Assembly (NCBI GenBank): GCA_024137785.1
Contig: JAHRHZ010000084.1
Span: forward strand, 6,907,573 to 6,971,572
Length of the DNA: 64,000 bases
Direction of reading: 5' to 3'
From: Ginglymostoma cirratum
Lineage: Eukaryota
Part shown: one piece after another, positions 13,679 through 27,470 of the stretch
Position numbering within the stretch: position 1 is the first letter of the stretch
Layout: each line of letters opens with the position of its first letter
Notes under the pieces: model-generated
The model's database searches: none
What the model saw: the letters and a program-made list of their open reading frames with translations, nothing else
Told to the model about the DNA's origin: nothing
Translations under genes and position numbers: made by a program

Positions 13679-15859
13679 AATTCATCCCGAATCAAAATCA
13701 AAAATTCCAAGTTGGGTTTAGGATTGTTGCATTGAAAGGTGGCAAGCGGTAGGCATTAGTGTATTTTGTTTCAAATGTTGAATTCATTTGGTTTAAACAG
13801 GGTGTGCTTTGTGTGGTAATGGCTTTTTCAGACATTAAGTGTTTACTGTGGGTCGAAGAAATGACTTAGGGAGTTTTACCAAACATGAACAAGACAAAGC
13901 TTGGCAAACAAACTGGAGTTGGGGTTGCCTTCGTCTGTGAGAAAATGAGAGGTAATTGCAGCAAAAGCTTAAAATTTAAACTTGCTGGGAATGCTATCAG
14001 AATCTTTGGAAAAGACTAGAGTTCAATTATAGAAACATGAAAAGGAATCAAACAAGTCTGAGTTATGATTAAAAGCAGAGGAAAAAGAAGAAGAGAGAAT
14101 TTGAACTTCGGAAATTAAAAACAAAAATCGACTTAAAAGGGCGGAGGTGAAGGCATGAGTTAGGCTAAGTGAGGAGGGTATTGTTGCTGAGCATAACCAA
14201 AGGCCTGGTAGGGATCCTTTTAAATATGTCCAAACTTGCCCGAATTCGACGAGAAGGATGTAGAATTTCATTTTAGAAAGTGATTAATTAAATGATTTGG
14301 CCTGTGACCATGTGAATTGTTATTCCAAGCAAATTTGGTAGGTAAAGCCAGTGAGGTAATTGCATCGCTATCAGAAGGGGTATTTGGGGATTATACTGAG
14401 GTGAAAAACGTCATCTTATGTGCATATGAACTAGTGTCAGAAGCCTACAGACAATGTTTTAGGAATCTAAGGAGGGGCCCTCACCAAAAATACATTCAGT
14501 TTGGAAGGATCAAACAAAGTAATTTTGATAGGTAGATGAGGGCATTGAAAATAGCTCAAACATATGACGCTCTTAGAGAGACGTTTGTTTTGGAGGCGTT
14601 CAAAAATTCATTTCCTGAAGTAATGAGAATTTATGTGGAGGGCAGAGCTTTAAAATTGCGAGATGAACAGTGGAAATCGCTGATGATCATGAGGTGATTC
14701 AGAAATCAAAGTTTGGCTTCCAATATAAATTTTAATCTGTGAGGGATAGAAATTGGGGGAAAAGAGAAACCATTGGGGAGGGGGATGGTTAAATATGTCT
14801 CATTGAAGATAATAAAGATAATTTACCACAGGGTAAAAAGGAGACCCATGAGGTGGAAAGAGAAGTAAGAAAGATTTGGTGCTTTCACTGTAAAAAGGTA
14901 GGCCACATGAAGTCAGTGTTGGTGGTTTAGCAAAAGCACTCGGAATAGAGATGTAGGAAAACAGGAAAAGCCAGTGATTTTTTTTTTAAAGTGGCGAATG
15001 AAAGCACAGTGGAAGCTAGGCGTTGCATCAGAATGTACAACCTGGTCAAGGGTTGGTGGAAAAGAAACTGCCAGGCCTTCTTAAAGTGTTTGCTTGCGAG
15101 GGTAAGGTTTACTCGTGTATGCCAGGAGGAGCAGGTAACGAAATTACAATTTTAAAAGATACATTGTGGAAGTTGAAAAATGAGGAGATGTGCAATTCAG
15201 AAGGACGATTTCTAGGAAATGTGGTAAGGTGTGGAATTCACGGTGAGATAAGAAGTGCTCCATTATATAAGGTGTGGTTGAAGTGTCTGGTGAACATTGA
15301 AGAAGTGTTGGAAGGAGTGTTGAAGGAACTCTTTGCTCCAGGAATACCATTTGTCCTTGGTAATGAGATAGCTGGATCACATGTATGGAGTGGTCCCTAT
15401 TGTGTCTGAAAAGCCAGTGGAAAATCAGGCACCTGAGATATTACAGGAAGTATATCCTGGATTTTTCTTGACTGTGCGGTGTCAAGGTCACGAAGCCACA
15501 GGTTGAAGCAGGAGTCAAAAGCAAAGAAACAAGATAAGGAAGTTGAAGTACAATTGTCAGAGACCATGTCTGATCGAACTGTTGAGGAAGAAAAGAACAG
15601 ATGGAGGACAAATTGGATATTTTTAGCTCAGAGAAATTAACGAGATTACAATAAAAAAATGTGGAAAGATGAAAAACTGAAGCATTTGTAACAAAACGCA
15701 TACACAGAGGGAGAATCTGAGTGTATCCCAGACTATTACAGTCTTCAAAATGACGTCTTGATGAGGAAATGGAGACCAACTCATCTTCAGGCAGATAGGA
15801 AATGGGCAGAAGTTCATCAAGTTGTATTGCCAGTGAGTTTTGAAAGGACACATTGCAGA

Positions 15860-16880
15860 TAACAAATGAATCACCAGGAGTAGGTCATTTAGGAGTAATG
15901 AAAACTCAAGCCAAACTGAAAAAACAAAACATTTTTACTGGTCTGGACTGCATAAAGATGTACGTGAATTTTGCTAGACATGTCATATGTTTGCGGTAAT
16001 TGAAAAACTTCAGGTAGTGATGAAACCAGCACCTTTAATACACATTCCTGCATTTGAATAAACTTTTACAAGTCAATTAATTGATTGCTTAGGACACGTA
16101 ACTAAAGCAAAAGAATGGAAATCAGTATTTGTTGACCATAATGGATGTGTCCACTAGGTTTCCAGAGGCCATTCCATTACGCAATATCACTGCCAAAAGG
16201 ATTATAGAGGAGTATTCATTTTTCTTTACGAGATATGGACTACTCACAGAGATACAATCGGATCAAAGGTCAAATTTTGCATCAAAATTATTCATACAGG
16301 TTATGGAAACTTCAGGAATAAAACAATTCAAATTCATTGTGTAACATCCAGAATTGTAGGGAGCTTTGGAACGGTGGCATCAAACTTTAAAGACGATGTT
16401 GAAGGCTTACTGTCAAGGCTATCCAGAGGACTGGGAGAAAGTAAATCCACTTGTACTTTTTGCAATTAGTGACGCATCAAATGAATGTAACAAATGCAGT
16501 CCATTTGAATTAGTTTTTCGGCACCAGGTGAACGGACCATGGAAATTAATTAAGGAGGAAATGATGAGTCAGAGTTCAGAGACCACTTATTTCGATTGTG
16601 TTTCAAATTTTAGGGAAAGATTAAGCAGAGTGGCTGAGTTAACTAGACAGCATTTAAAAATAGCACAGCATATGATGAACCAGGAAGCAGCAAGAAATTT
16701 TTTAAAAAATCACCGTATCGGTGGAGATAAGATGTAATTGTTATGTCCAGTGACAGGTGAACTTTTTAAAAGCAAGGTTTAGTGGATCTTATCAAATCGA
16801 ATGGAAGTTGAGTAAAGTGAGTTACTTGATAAGAACACCATACAGAAAGAAATCACACAGAATACGCTCAAAAGGTATTT
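15860..16880 (+). pseudogene. Retrotransposon integrase (HHCC + DDE remnants), disrupted
   Basis: GHLGVMKT..YWSGL zinc-finger remnant; ORFs 16129-16344 and 16366-16737. Confidence 0.85.
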
Positions 16881-16980
16881 TGATGGGAAGGGAAGCAAAA
16901 CTAGAATGTGTTACTGGTGACAATACAGAGTGAATAACTAAGTTCAGGAGAACTCTGAACTAGACAAGCCCCAAATTAAA

Positions 16981-18413
16981 TTGGCCAATGAGGGAGTTCT
17001 CAAAAAATGGGAGCAATTATCGAGATTCCTTCCAGAGGAAAATAGAAATCACCTTAAAGAGTTAGGACTCTCACATGAGGAGATGTATGGGAATAAGCTG
17101 GGAAGTACTAACCTAATTATACATGATGTAGATGCAGGAAATGCTGCTCCAATTAAGCAACATTTTTATAGACTTAAACGTCTAAAGCTCGCATGGTTTC
17201 AAAACGAGATTGAACGCATGTTCAAAGACAACATAATCCAAGCATGTTGCAGCGACTGGAGCTCACCCACTGGAATGATGCCAAAACCAGACGGTACCCA
17301 GTGATTATGCATAGACTATTACGAAGTCAAAGTGGTTAGCAAGTATGATTCATATCCTATTCCGCATTTGTAAGAGTGTATTGAGAAAGAGGGACAAGTA
17401 ACGTATACGTCTACGTTGAACTTACTCAGAGGATATAGGCAGGTACCTTATTCCGAAAGTCTGAAGACAATTTCCACTTTTGTCACACCAAATGGACTGC
17501 AGCAATTTAAAATCGTGCCATTCGGTACGAAAAAATGTGTCCACGACATTTCAAAGACTATCCAATAAATTCATTTTTGGATTAACCAGTTGTGTGGTGT
17601 ACATTGGCCAGCTGGTTGTTTTGGTCATACGTGGAAGGAACATTTCCAATATCGACTTTGGGAGACAGGCCTGGTGATCAACCCGGCCCAGAGCGAGTTC
17701 AAAAAAGCCCAAGGCACGTTCCTGGGCCATGTTATTGGGACATGGACAGTTGGCACCATATGATATGAGAACAAAAGTTATTTGGGGAGTTTCCAATTCC
17801 ATCAATGAAAGGGGTGGTTCTGCGATTCCTGGGATTGAATGGGTTTAATTAGAATTTCATACAAAAATTTAGCAGTGTGCTTGCTCCATTGACTGACTTA
17901 CTGAAGAAGTGCAGAAACTTTCAGTGGACAGCGAACTGCTTGAAGGCATTTTACAGCCTGAAGGCTGTGTCAACCACTGCCGGATTGTTAACCAAGCTTA
18001 ATTATGAAAAGCTATTCAAGGTAAATATCAATGCAAGTAATGTGGGTGTTGGTGCTGTATTCTAACAAGAAAATGATGAGAAGATAGAAAATCTTATTGG
18101 GTACTTTTCCACGAAATTGAATACTCATCAGCATAAGTATTCCATGATTGAGCAGGAAACCTTGAGCTTGGTGTTGGTGTTACAACAATTCAAAATTTAT
18201 AGTGCCAATAATGTGCCTGAGACAATCCTACATACCGATCAGAACCCATTAAAGTTTTCTGGAGAAATGAAAGGACAAAAATTCCAGACTGTTTACATGA
18301 GCTTATTACTGCAGTTTGAAGTTTATACTCATGGCAGGACGATAAAATATAACTTCCAAAGCATTGTCATGACTTTGATAAAGGATGATGGAGGTCGTCA
18401 GTGGCTGATGTAA
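16981..18413 (+). pseudogene. Retrotransposon reverse transcriptase + RNase H, disrupted
   Basis: ORFs 16981-17304, 17877-18065 and 18117-18413 carry gypsy RT/RH motifs. Confidence 0.85.
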
Positions 18414-18561
18414 ATGGACTGAAATAGAATGTGGTCGCGAATGTTTATACACTTAGAGACAATGCAGAGCAAATGTATTTCAGTGTACTAATTCTGTAAG
18501 ACTGAGGGTTTCAAAAATGAAACTATTGTTGTACATTGATTGTTCATTTTTTAAGGGGATG

Positions 18562-19197
18562 TGTGATGATGTTGTCACTTCAAGAGGTTATTTTGTCATT
18601 TTATTTTTTATTTTGGAAGTGATGCTGTAAAGGCAGAAGTGAGTAAGTGGCGACGAGAGACGTCTTTAGCAAATGGCTTAGAAGGTCTTGTATCTTTTAA
18701 CAGCCTGAATGGTTGTGGCTAGCTCTCACAGATCAGAATTTCTGAGTTTTGTTCTTTTCAGCAGTGAGTGCTGTCTTGGGCCTCATAAGGATTGGAGGTT
18801 CAGAGAAAATTTGCTGGCTGCTACTTTCTCTGGATTTCGCTTGATGTTTTATTTGCTCCTGGATTGAAGAACTGCATGCAATAATCTTGTCTGAATTCCC
18901 CTCATCGCCAAGGAGTGTATTTATAGGATGTGACAAAATTGAATGGTCAATTAGTATTATTGGGATAAGTTATTAGATATTATTAGTATTGTTGGGATAA
19001 GTTTTCCAATAGTTCCTTTCTTTTGTTTGCATTTTAACTATAGTTTTTTTTTTACATAAATTGTGTTTTGCTTAACGTCAAGTAGTTTGACCATTCATAT
19101 CACTTCAAGAAAATACACTTCACATCCACCTTTAAGAATTTAGGGCCTGGGCTTCAATCTTAAAATATTGTGAGTGGGTCTGGTCTTGTTATTTACA
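18562..19197 (+). repeat. 3' LTR of the Gmr1-like element
   Basis: Direct repeat of 13101-13678. Confidence 0.85.
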
Positions 19198-20449
19198 ATT
19201 TGACGTAATAAAGGTATACAAGACGATGATTTGTTTAGATAAGACAGGCAAGGAAAAACAATACCAAATAATCGACATCACAAGGTCGAGGGGACAGAGA
19301 TTTAAGGTTTTGGCACAGAGATGCAGAAGAACTGCAATGAATCACTGTCTGGTGGCAGTGATATCGGCTCGGAACATTCAGCCATTAGGGTGGTGGAAGC
19401 AAAGATCATCAATGACTTCAAAAGGGAAGTGGACATGCACTTGAAGAAAATGAATCTGCAATGTTACAGTTGTCAAATAAGGAAGTGAGACTGACTAAGT
19501 TGCCGCATGAAAAGCCTTTAGACTTGATAGGTCATAAGCTGTCCTCAGTATCTCCAAAGTGTTCTGATTTATTTAAAGTCATTTACATTTATTCAGTCAT
19601 GGCTTGTGGGGATCATCGACAAGGCCAATACTTCATGCTCATCCAAATTAATCTTGAGAATGCAATGGTGGCTTGCCTACTTCATTAACTTCAGTCCACA
19701 TGGTGTTGGGACGTCCACAATGTTATTAAGAAAGGGGTTTGATTAATTCGACCAGGAAAAACAAAGGGACAGTGGTATAATTCTAATTCTGTATGTACAT
19801 GATGATATCCCAAGGCATCTATTCATCTTGTCTTTCCGGTGGGACAATTCATAAGTTTAAGGATCACACTCAAATTGGGAACAATGTATTAGCAGCTGAT
19901 GTTAAACATTTCTTTCACTGACAGAACAAAATAGTGGATACAACAAGCTGGTTTATTGAATTTTGCTGATTCTGAAAGAACATCAAAATCTACATAGCAT
20001 GACAGATGTGAAGTATATTTAGATGTAAAGCTGACAAGGAAAGAGAAAAACTGAGAATCTAGAAAGAGCAGTCTGGTATTGTAAATTATTTTTGGATGGA
20101 AGCTTAGGATATCCAAACATTTATTTAAAATGGATATCCATCATCGTTTCATTTATTGTGCTAACTATGAAATACTAATCTGGTACATAACAAGAAACTC
20201 ATGTGCATGATGGAAAGTGAGAGTGGAATGTTAATTTCCACTTTGAAAGTTGAGTGTTATATCCGTACACAGTAGATTTTCAAATACAGCTATCCAATTT
20301 ACTGTGTGAGACTCTCTAGTTTTTTTTTTTTTGCATATTCTAGACTAGTGTCTTCTCTCTTACATGACTTACACGAATCTCATTCCAGCATATTTATCAC
20401 CAGTCAATGGGAGAAATATTAACATATCGAAAGCTTTAATGGGCAGGAG

Positions 20450-22520
20450 GGGTGCATTTTCAGGTGGAAATTTAAAATTTGTGCAACCTCTATATTCAAC
20501 AAAGGGGTAGACTAGAGCATCAGTGCCAAAAGAAAACAAGGCTGATGCAACAGTATCCGTTTTCAGCCAGAAGAGTGCAAGATACATTGTTAGCTCGTCC
20601 GTCATTCCCTAGGATCACAAATGACAATATTCAATAAACATTATTTCCGCTATGTAGTATCAACAAACACATAAAAACACTCGATGCTGCACAGGGCACG
20701 GGTCCAGACAACCACGACCAAACTGATGATTTCCAATACAGACTAGATTTGTCTCTGCCAACCTGTCCAAGTATAGGTACACCACTGGCATCTGACGACC
20801 AATGTGCAAAATTACCCGGATAGGTCCTGACCCCCCACCAAAAAAAAAGGACATATCCAATGCCAGTTGTCACCATATTAGTTTATTTTGCAACATTGAA
20901 AAGTTTATGGGAATGGATAATGTTATGAAAAGACACTTGTTTGGCAATAACCTGTTCACTCGTGCTCATGTTGGGTTTTTCCAGGGATATTCGAGTGCTA
21001 ATCTCATTCCAGATTTTGTTCCAAGCATGGACGAAAAGACCTGAAAACTGGAGGTGAGGTGAGACTGACAACCCCTTACATCAAATACACGTTTGACTAA
21101 ATATGTCTTCAAGAAGCATTGTCGAACTTGGAATCAATCATATTCAGAGGTAATAGACTCCAGGAATTGGAGTCATACACAGCACAGAGGACGATCATTT
21201 CAGCTGTTAGAAATCCATTATCACATTCCATGTAGTGTGCCATAAGGGTTCCTTAGGGTAGTGTCTTAGACAAAACATGTTCAATTGCTTCAATCGCCTT
21301 GCCACCAAATGGCCAGAAATTAGCATATTTGGTATTGATTGCACAATGTTCAACGGAGTTCAAAATTATGTAGTGCATGCCCATATGCAGCAAGACTTGA
21401 ATGGTACAAAGCTTATACTGGTGTCTGGTAAATAACATTCGTGCCGCACGAGGGCAGGTCAATGGCAATCTCAAACAATAGAAAATTAACAATTGCCCCT
21501 AAACATTTATTAACATTGTCATCATTGAAAGCCCCACTGTCAATATCCTCGGCATACAGTTGACCTGAAACTGAACTGGACCAATTAAATAAATATTGGC
21601 ATTGCATGAACAATTGAACGACAAACGTTTCTGTAATGATTTTCTCCCTGTCATGCCCATGGCTTTCCACCATCTACGAGGCATAAGTCAGGAGCGTCAT
21701 AGAAGCCTCTCTACTTGTCTGGATCGGTGCACATCCTGATGGGACTGGTTGCTAGATGTGGGAAGAATGTTACAGATAGCGGGCAAGCCCAGAACTAGGA
21801 GTCACAGTCTAAAAACAAGGGGAAAGCCATTCAGAACTTGGATAAGGAAGAATTTCTTCATAGAGATAGTAGTGAATCTCTGGAATTGTCTGCCACGGAA
21901 AGGTGTTGCAGTCATTTCGATAGATATATTCAAGAGAGAGATGGGCGTGTTCCTTGTGGCTAAACAGATCAAGGGGTATAGAGAGATGGCTGGAACGGGA
22001 TACTGAAAATGGATGATTAGTCATGATTACACTTATTAGTGATAAAAGCTCGAAGGGCCGAATGGCTTAATCCTGCACATATTTTCTATGTTTTGGACAG
22101 CAACAAATCAGTTCAACACCATCCAAAGTAAATCAGCCTATGTCACTGCATCCAATCTGGCACATTCTGCATTCACTATGCCCCCACTTGACATCCAGGA
22201 CAAAAGTTCACACTACCTGAAAGTTGGACATCTAACAGCAACTTCCAATCCAATCTGGAAGGATAAGGGCAGCAGATTCTAGGACCACCTGCAAATTCCT
22301 CTCCAAGCCACATACCATGCTGCATTACAGTTCTCATTGTTCCCTCCCTTGTTACTGGATCAAAATCCTTCAACATCCTCTGAACAATAACGTGGGAGTA
22401 CTTACACACAAAATACTGCAGCATTCAAGGGTAAGCTTACGACATACTTAAATGGTGAGTTGACATGGATAATAAATACAAACTTAGCCAGTGATGCCCA
22501 TACACCATGAATAAAGCCAA
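20450..22520 (+). mobile_element. Degenerate LINE (CR1/L2-group) with a CR1 3' fragment nested at ~21729-22092
   Basis: Decayed RT-region sequence; nested ORF 21749-22006 (RKNFFIEIVVNLWNCLP) ends in a ttttctatg tail. Confidence 0.6.
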
Positions 22521-23559
22521 AATACATCATTCTCACATCCCTTGCTAAGAAAGAATTCAACTCATTTCCTGCACTGCACAAAATAATTATCGAGTGAACC
22601 ATGTCCTACACCATTAGAAGACACGCATACACAAAAAAACCTGAAATTTTTTTGTGGTTCATTACCTTTCAGGACCATGATTTTCATATGGCAGTTCAAT
22701 TCAATCACGCAAGTCCAGATCAAATTGTATTTCTTCCTTTATAACTATAGTCATCTCAAAATACATTTTGATACTCTTTCATTAATGCATGTGCGCAATC
22801 TTATGTTGTCTGCGCGTGAAATAACGATTTATCTGTATTTCTATCAACTGGTATTCTGAATTGCTGCTCACAATGTGGCCTTTTATACATTTCGAAAAAC
22901 AATAATAGACTGTCTGCCCACCGTGTGGAATTCCTCCACTCTCCATTTTTGGAGTTTCCAAGGCAAAAAAGGTTAAAGCCCATCCATAACCCCTTTCAAT
23001 TTCCTCAAGGTTGCATCATAATGGTCTTATCGAGTCAGCATTGTAACTAGTCCAGTTTAGACCCTCGCGTGGCTGGGGAGAAACCCCAATGGTTGAAAGC
23101 TTTCGTAAATATAGATTCAGGCTCACGTGTCCGTTTCAGTGACAAACGTAATGTCTAAAAGTAATCATATGTCACATCCTGTAACGCTATAGTTGCACAA
23201 AGCTCTACCTCTTACAGTGAAAAATAGTTTCCAAGAAGAATTTTACCCTCTGTGAATGACTTTTCGCCTTGTCCATCTTGCGTAATGCTGGTATAACGAC
23301 ACATGACACCTTATCCTGCTGTGTAAACTATCAATGACGTCACATTGTTTAGTCTTGAGGGTGGGGTTATCAAGACGTTTTAGGAATAAGCACTAAGTTA
23401 ATATAACTAATGTCAGCTTGTTTAGGTTTGCTCTTTAGGTTGTGTCCGGGGCTCGATGCTTTAGGGTTAAAGATTAGGTTGATAGAATCAATGTATGTCT
23501 TTTTAGCCTTGCAGTTAGCATTGCATTTGGGGCACTTAGTTGAGCACTATTATGATAAC

Positions 23560-24630
23560 AGCTGATGGCAGTACTGGACAATTCAGATCCCAGAGTGACA
23601 CTTGGATTGATAGACCATATGTTTATTTTTTACTTGAAGTTTCATAATTGTGGTGATCAGCCACTGAACATGCCCAAAGACTTCTTAAATAAAAAATTAC
23701 TCAAGTTTATTACAGAAAACGATCAAATCTATTATTTGTAAGGTAACTTAGATAGATATTTACATAGAAAGCAAAAAGAAAGTTTAAAACCTGTTTCCAG
23801 CAATATTCATTACAGGCACTTAATGCCAGCAAAATATCATTCTAATTTTAATGTCTATATTTCTTACTTAACTGAGAAAGTCTAATGCATTTCTTTTTGG
23901 TGACTTTCAGCAGATATGATTCTCCTCATTACTGTCACTGAATTACGTGTCAAGATGCTGGCTGCATCTAACTAAACTTTAAGAAATGCCCTGTCTACTT
24001 TAAACCCAAAACAATTTAAGACTTATTTGCAATTTGGACTCGCACAAGCTGAACTAAATGACTGGTTTTGTTCTGCGAGGGGACTATCCTTCTTTAGAAC
24101 TCAAACTGCTAAAAGACCATCGGTTACTATGTTATAAAACTCTAAAAACCAAATACTTATGGTTCATATCAATTATAGTTTCTACAGTATGGTTGGGTCT
24201 GTCGATTTCAAAATGTGCTGGAGTGAAAAGCAGGTTCAGAGTCTCTTTCCCGCCATCAAGCATTTCTATTGACACATATTTAATATAAATGGAAAGTAAA
24301 ATGTCATTAACAGTGATGTCACTGGCATGAATAGCCAATTTGAACCGCTTAACATGATTAGGAGTAGCCAGAACTAGTGCAGTTATCAATATAGCTTTTA
24401 TTTTGTGGAATGTCCTTAGACGGTGTTGTCAACTTAAATTTATTGCGATTCATTCAGAACCTTGTTAAAGTAGCCAATAAGTCCTAAATTCAGAATAATA
24501 TTTTCATAACATCCTTTCATTCATTCTCCAGTGGTACTGGCATTTTCATGTTCCTCGCTACTTCTTTCATCACTCTAATGAAATGTATACTGATAACCAT
24601 TCCTGTCTCTTGTCATTGCTGTTATCATAT
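23560..24630 (-). mobile_element. Fragment of a second gypsy/Gmr1-like element (RT-RNase H remnant plus probable LTR remnant)
   Basis: ORF 24132-24389 ITALVLATPNHVKRFKLAIHASDITV aligns by eye with STTAGLLTKLNYEKLFKVNINASNVGV of the main element. Confidence 0.55.
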
Positions 24631-24670
24631 GTTAATTGCCCTGGATACCATGGACTCTTAGATTTTGAAT

Positions 24671-25285
24671 TAACAAGGTGTGGAGCTGGATGAACACAGC
24701 AGGCCAANNNNNNNNNNNNNNNNNNNNNNNNNNNNNNNNNNNNNNNNNNNNNNNNNNNNNNNNNNNNNNNNNNNNNNNNNNNNNNNNNNNNNNNNNNNNN
24801 NNNNNNNNNNNNNNNNNNNNNNNNNNNNNNNNNNNNNNNNNNNNNNNNNNNNNNNNNNNNNNNNNNNNNNNNNNNNNNNNNNNNNNNNNNNNNNNNNNNN
24901 NNNNNNNNNNNNNNNNNNNNNNNNNNNNNNNNNNNNNNNNNNNNNNNNNNNNNNNNNNNNNNNNNNNNNNNNNNNNNNNNNNNNNNNNNNNNNNNNNNNN
25001 NNNNNNNNNNNNNNNNNNNNNNNNNNNNNNNNNNNNNNNNNNNNNNNNNNNNNNNNNNNNNNNNNNNNNNNNNNNNNNNNNNNNNNNNNNNNNNNNNNNN
25101 NNNNNNNGGAAAGCTTGACGTTTTGGGCCTAGATCCTTCATCAGAAAATCATTTTCTGATGAAGGGTCTAGGCCCGAAATGTCAAGCTTTCCAACTCCTG
25201 TGATGCCAGTTGGCCTGCTGTGTTCATCCAGCTCCACACCTTGTTATCTCGGAATCTCCAGCATCTGCAGTACCGATTATCTCTA
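24671..25285. mobile_element. Short palindromic Penelope-terminus element with two opposed hammerhead motifs, spanning the gap
   Basis: 24671-24707 is the reverse complement of ~25210-25246; near-perfect hairpin 25108-25192; CTGATGA...GAAATGTC at 25156-25183 (+) and a mutated copy at 25117-25144 (-). Confidence 0.75.
24708..25107. other. Assembly gap (400 N)
   Basis: Run of N in the sequence. Confidence 1.
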
Positions 25286-26470
25286 GCTTTTGAATTAGTC
25301 TTCTGTGTGAGATCTTGTAAATACCTTGCAGAAGTGCATGTAAGCATGTCATCTGCACAATCCTCATTTACACACTCAGTCATATCCTCGAAAAATTCAA
25401 TCAAATTTGTTAGACATGGTCTGCACCAAACTGAGCCAGGCTGGTTATCATTAATTATTCCGTTCTTCTATAAGTCGCGAGTAAATATGTCATTCAGCAT
25501 TTTTTCCAATATTTACCCGATGACAGCCGTTAAATTCACCAATTTTTTGAATGTTCAAATGCTTTTTTCTCTCTTAAATGCAAGTTAAATTTAATTCCTA
25601 ACCACATAAGTATAGTATTCTATGTAGTTTCTTGATTTATCGCGTTCACCCTTCTTGAATAACGGTACCATATTAACCATCCTCCAGTCTACTGACAGAC
25701 TTGTTCTGGCAGAGAGCTTCCCTTGCCTCACACAGCAGATTTAGATACATTTGGCCCTGAGGATCAGTCTGCTTCCAAGCCCGCTAAAACGCCCAATTCC
25801 TCCTTCTGCTCAATGTTAATTAGTTCAAGTATATCTTAGTTGCGAAAATGATCTTTCCCCAAATTAAAAACCATTATTTCCATTCCATTTCAGTCCTTAT
25901 CCATAATTCGCTTAAATCTTACTGAATCATGGTCACTAACACGGAAACCCTGCCCACTGCCACATCTACCACTTGCCCAAATTCATGCAAGAAAATTAAG
26001 TCAAACACGTGACCAGTGCTTTTCCCCCCTCCACCCATTCTATAATACACCCCTACAAAGAGATACCCACACTTTGTCTTTCAGTCCTACTAAAATGGAC
26101 GGTTTTTGAGCAAATTCTAAGTCATCACCCTTACTGCGGTGATTGACTCTGATCAAAGCTGAAACATCACCTCCTCTCTTGCAGCCCCTCCTCGATCTAG
26201 CTTAAGGATTCTGTAGCTTGGAACATTGAGCAGCCGGTCCCATTCTTTTCTCAACTATGATGTGGAGGTGCCGATGCTTGTATTTTCAAATAAACCTGCT
26301 GGACTATACCCTGGTGTCACGTAATTTCTAACTCTACCAACTACGTTTTCATAATAGCAATGATATAACATCTTCATGCTTTAACCAACACCTTCAACTC
26401 AACTGCCTTACTCGTTCTCGACCTTTACTTTGTTCTGTTACCTTCCTAAACGTAAGAAATTCTCAATCCA
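25286..26470 (-). mobile_element. Degenerate CR1 LINE (EN and RT remnants)
   Basis: MIEFFEDMTECVNEDCADD matches LIEFTEDVTKHKDEGRAVD of the CR1 at 60746-61546. Confidence 0.65.
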
Positions 26471-27019
26471 AACAATGTCTAATCCTCCAATTTCCTTGTT
26501 GGTTTCCATATGATCAATTGCACACTAGTAACGACATTTATGTGATATCATTGGTGCCCACAAGAACTGCTGCTTCTCAGATAATTGATAGTTAATGCTC
26601 TACCAAATCAGTGTAAAGCTTTGGAAAATAATTTTGGAATTTTTGCATAATTATGATTTCCCTCATGGTCTCAGAATGTTTCTCTAACTTCAGCGATTGA
26701 AACCATTTTATCATTACAGATTCTACATATACCTGATTGGTTGTCTTTATTACCAGAATAAAATCTGTCTTGATGGTTTCAAGACTAAATTGCGTATATT
26801 TACTATTCCTTTTCATTTTGAAGTTGCATAATGTGCACATAGGCTTTTTTGCAAGCTGGCATATATGTTCATTGTTGTACATATCAAAACATCTTACGAA
26901 GTTCATGTCCAAACATCAGTCAGATTCTTTATTTTCCAGGATACGCCTACAAATCAGGCAAAATATCTTTTCATTCCAATTTCTATAATAATTTTTAATA
27001 TTTCAAGCTCAAAATATTT

Positions 27020-27470
27020 TCACTTCTGAAGGAAGATAACTGGGCCCGAAATGTTAACGTGCTTTTTCGCCACCGATGCTGCCAGACCTGTTAGTTTTTT
27101 CAACAACTTCTGTTTTTCCTTTCCGATTTCCAGCATCTGCAGTTCGTTGTGTTTTCTTTTGCAAAATAATGTCATTTTCCGCATATTTTGACCTGTTCAT
27201 CTGTGGATCAAAATTTATTGAGTAAATGTCCCGTCAACTTACTTCGCCATAAAAACCGAAAGACTTGCAGATACTGTAAATCAGGAGCAAAAAAAAAGTT
27301 GGAAAAGTTCAGCCGGTATGGCAGCATCTGTGAAGAATAAATAACGTTAACGTTTCGGGTCCGGTGACCCTTCGTCAGAACTGTCACCGGACCCAAAACG
27401 TTAACTCTAATCTTTTTCTTCACGGATGTTGCCAGACCTGCTCAGCTTTTCCAGCAACTTTGTTTTTGCA
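27020..27470. mobile_element. Two short PLE-terminus-derived elements; the second is an inverted repeat with an intact hammerhead core on - strand (27349-27378)
   Basis: Reverse complement reads CTGACGA-agggtcaccggaccc-GAAACGTT; arms ~27300-27368 and ~27384-27455 are inverted. Confidence 0.6.

Larger units (their letters stand above)
13101..19197 (+). mobile_element. Full-length, defective Gmr1-type Ty3/gypsy LTR retrotransposon (gag-PR-IN-RT-RH)
   Basis: LTRs 13101-13678 and 18562-19197 (both start tgtgatgat and end aca); flanks ATAT/ATTT; purine tract before the 3' LTR; gag YELVSEAYRQCFR and CFHCKKVGH knuckle (14880); integrase (LTIMDVSTRFPEAIPL, SDQRSNF, ERWHQTLK) upstream of RT (PIKQHFYRL, SDWSSP) and RNase H (NASNVGVGAV, YSMIEQETL, TDQNPL); many stops and frameshifts. 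Confidence 0.9.

Noticed and set aside
24632-25237. Long ORFs of 146-201 aa
   Set aside because: Artefacts of translating the N gap.
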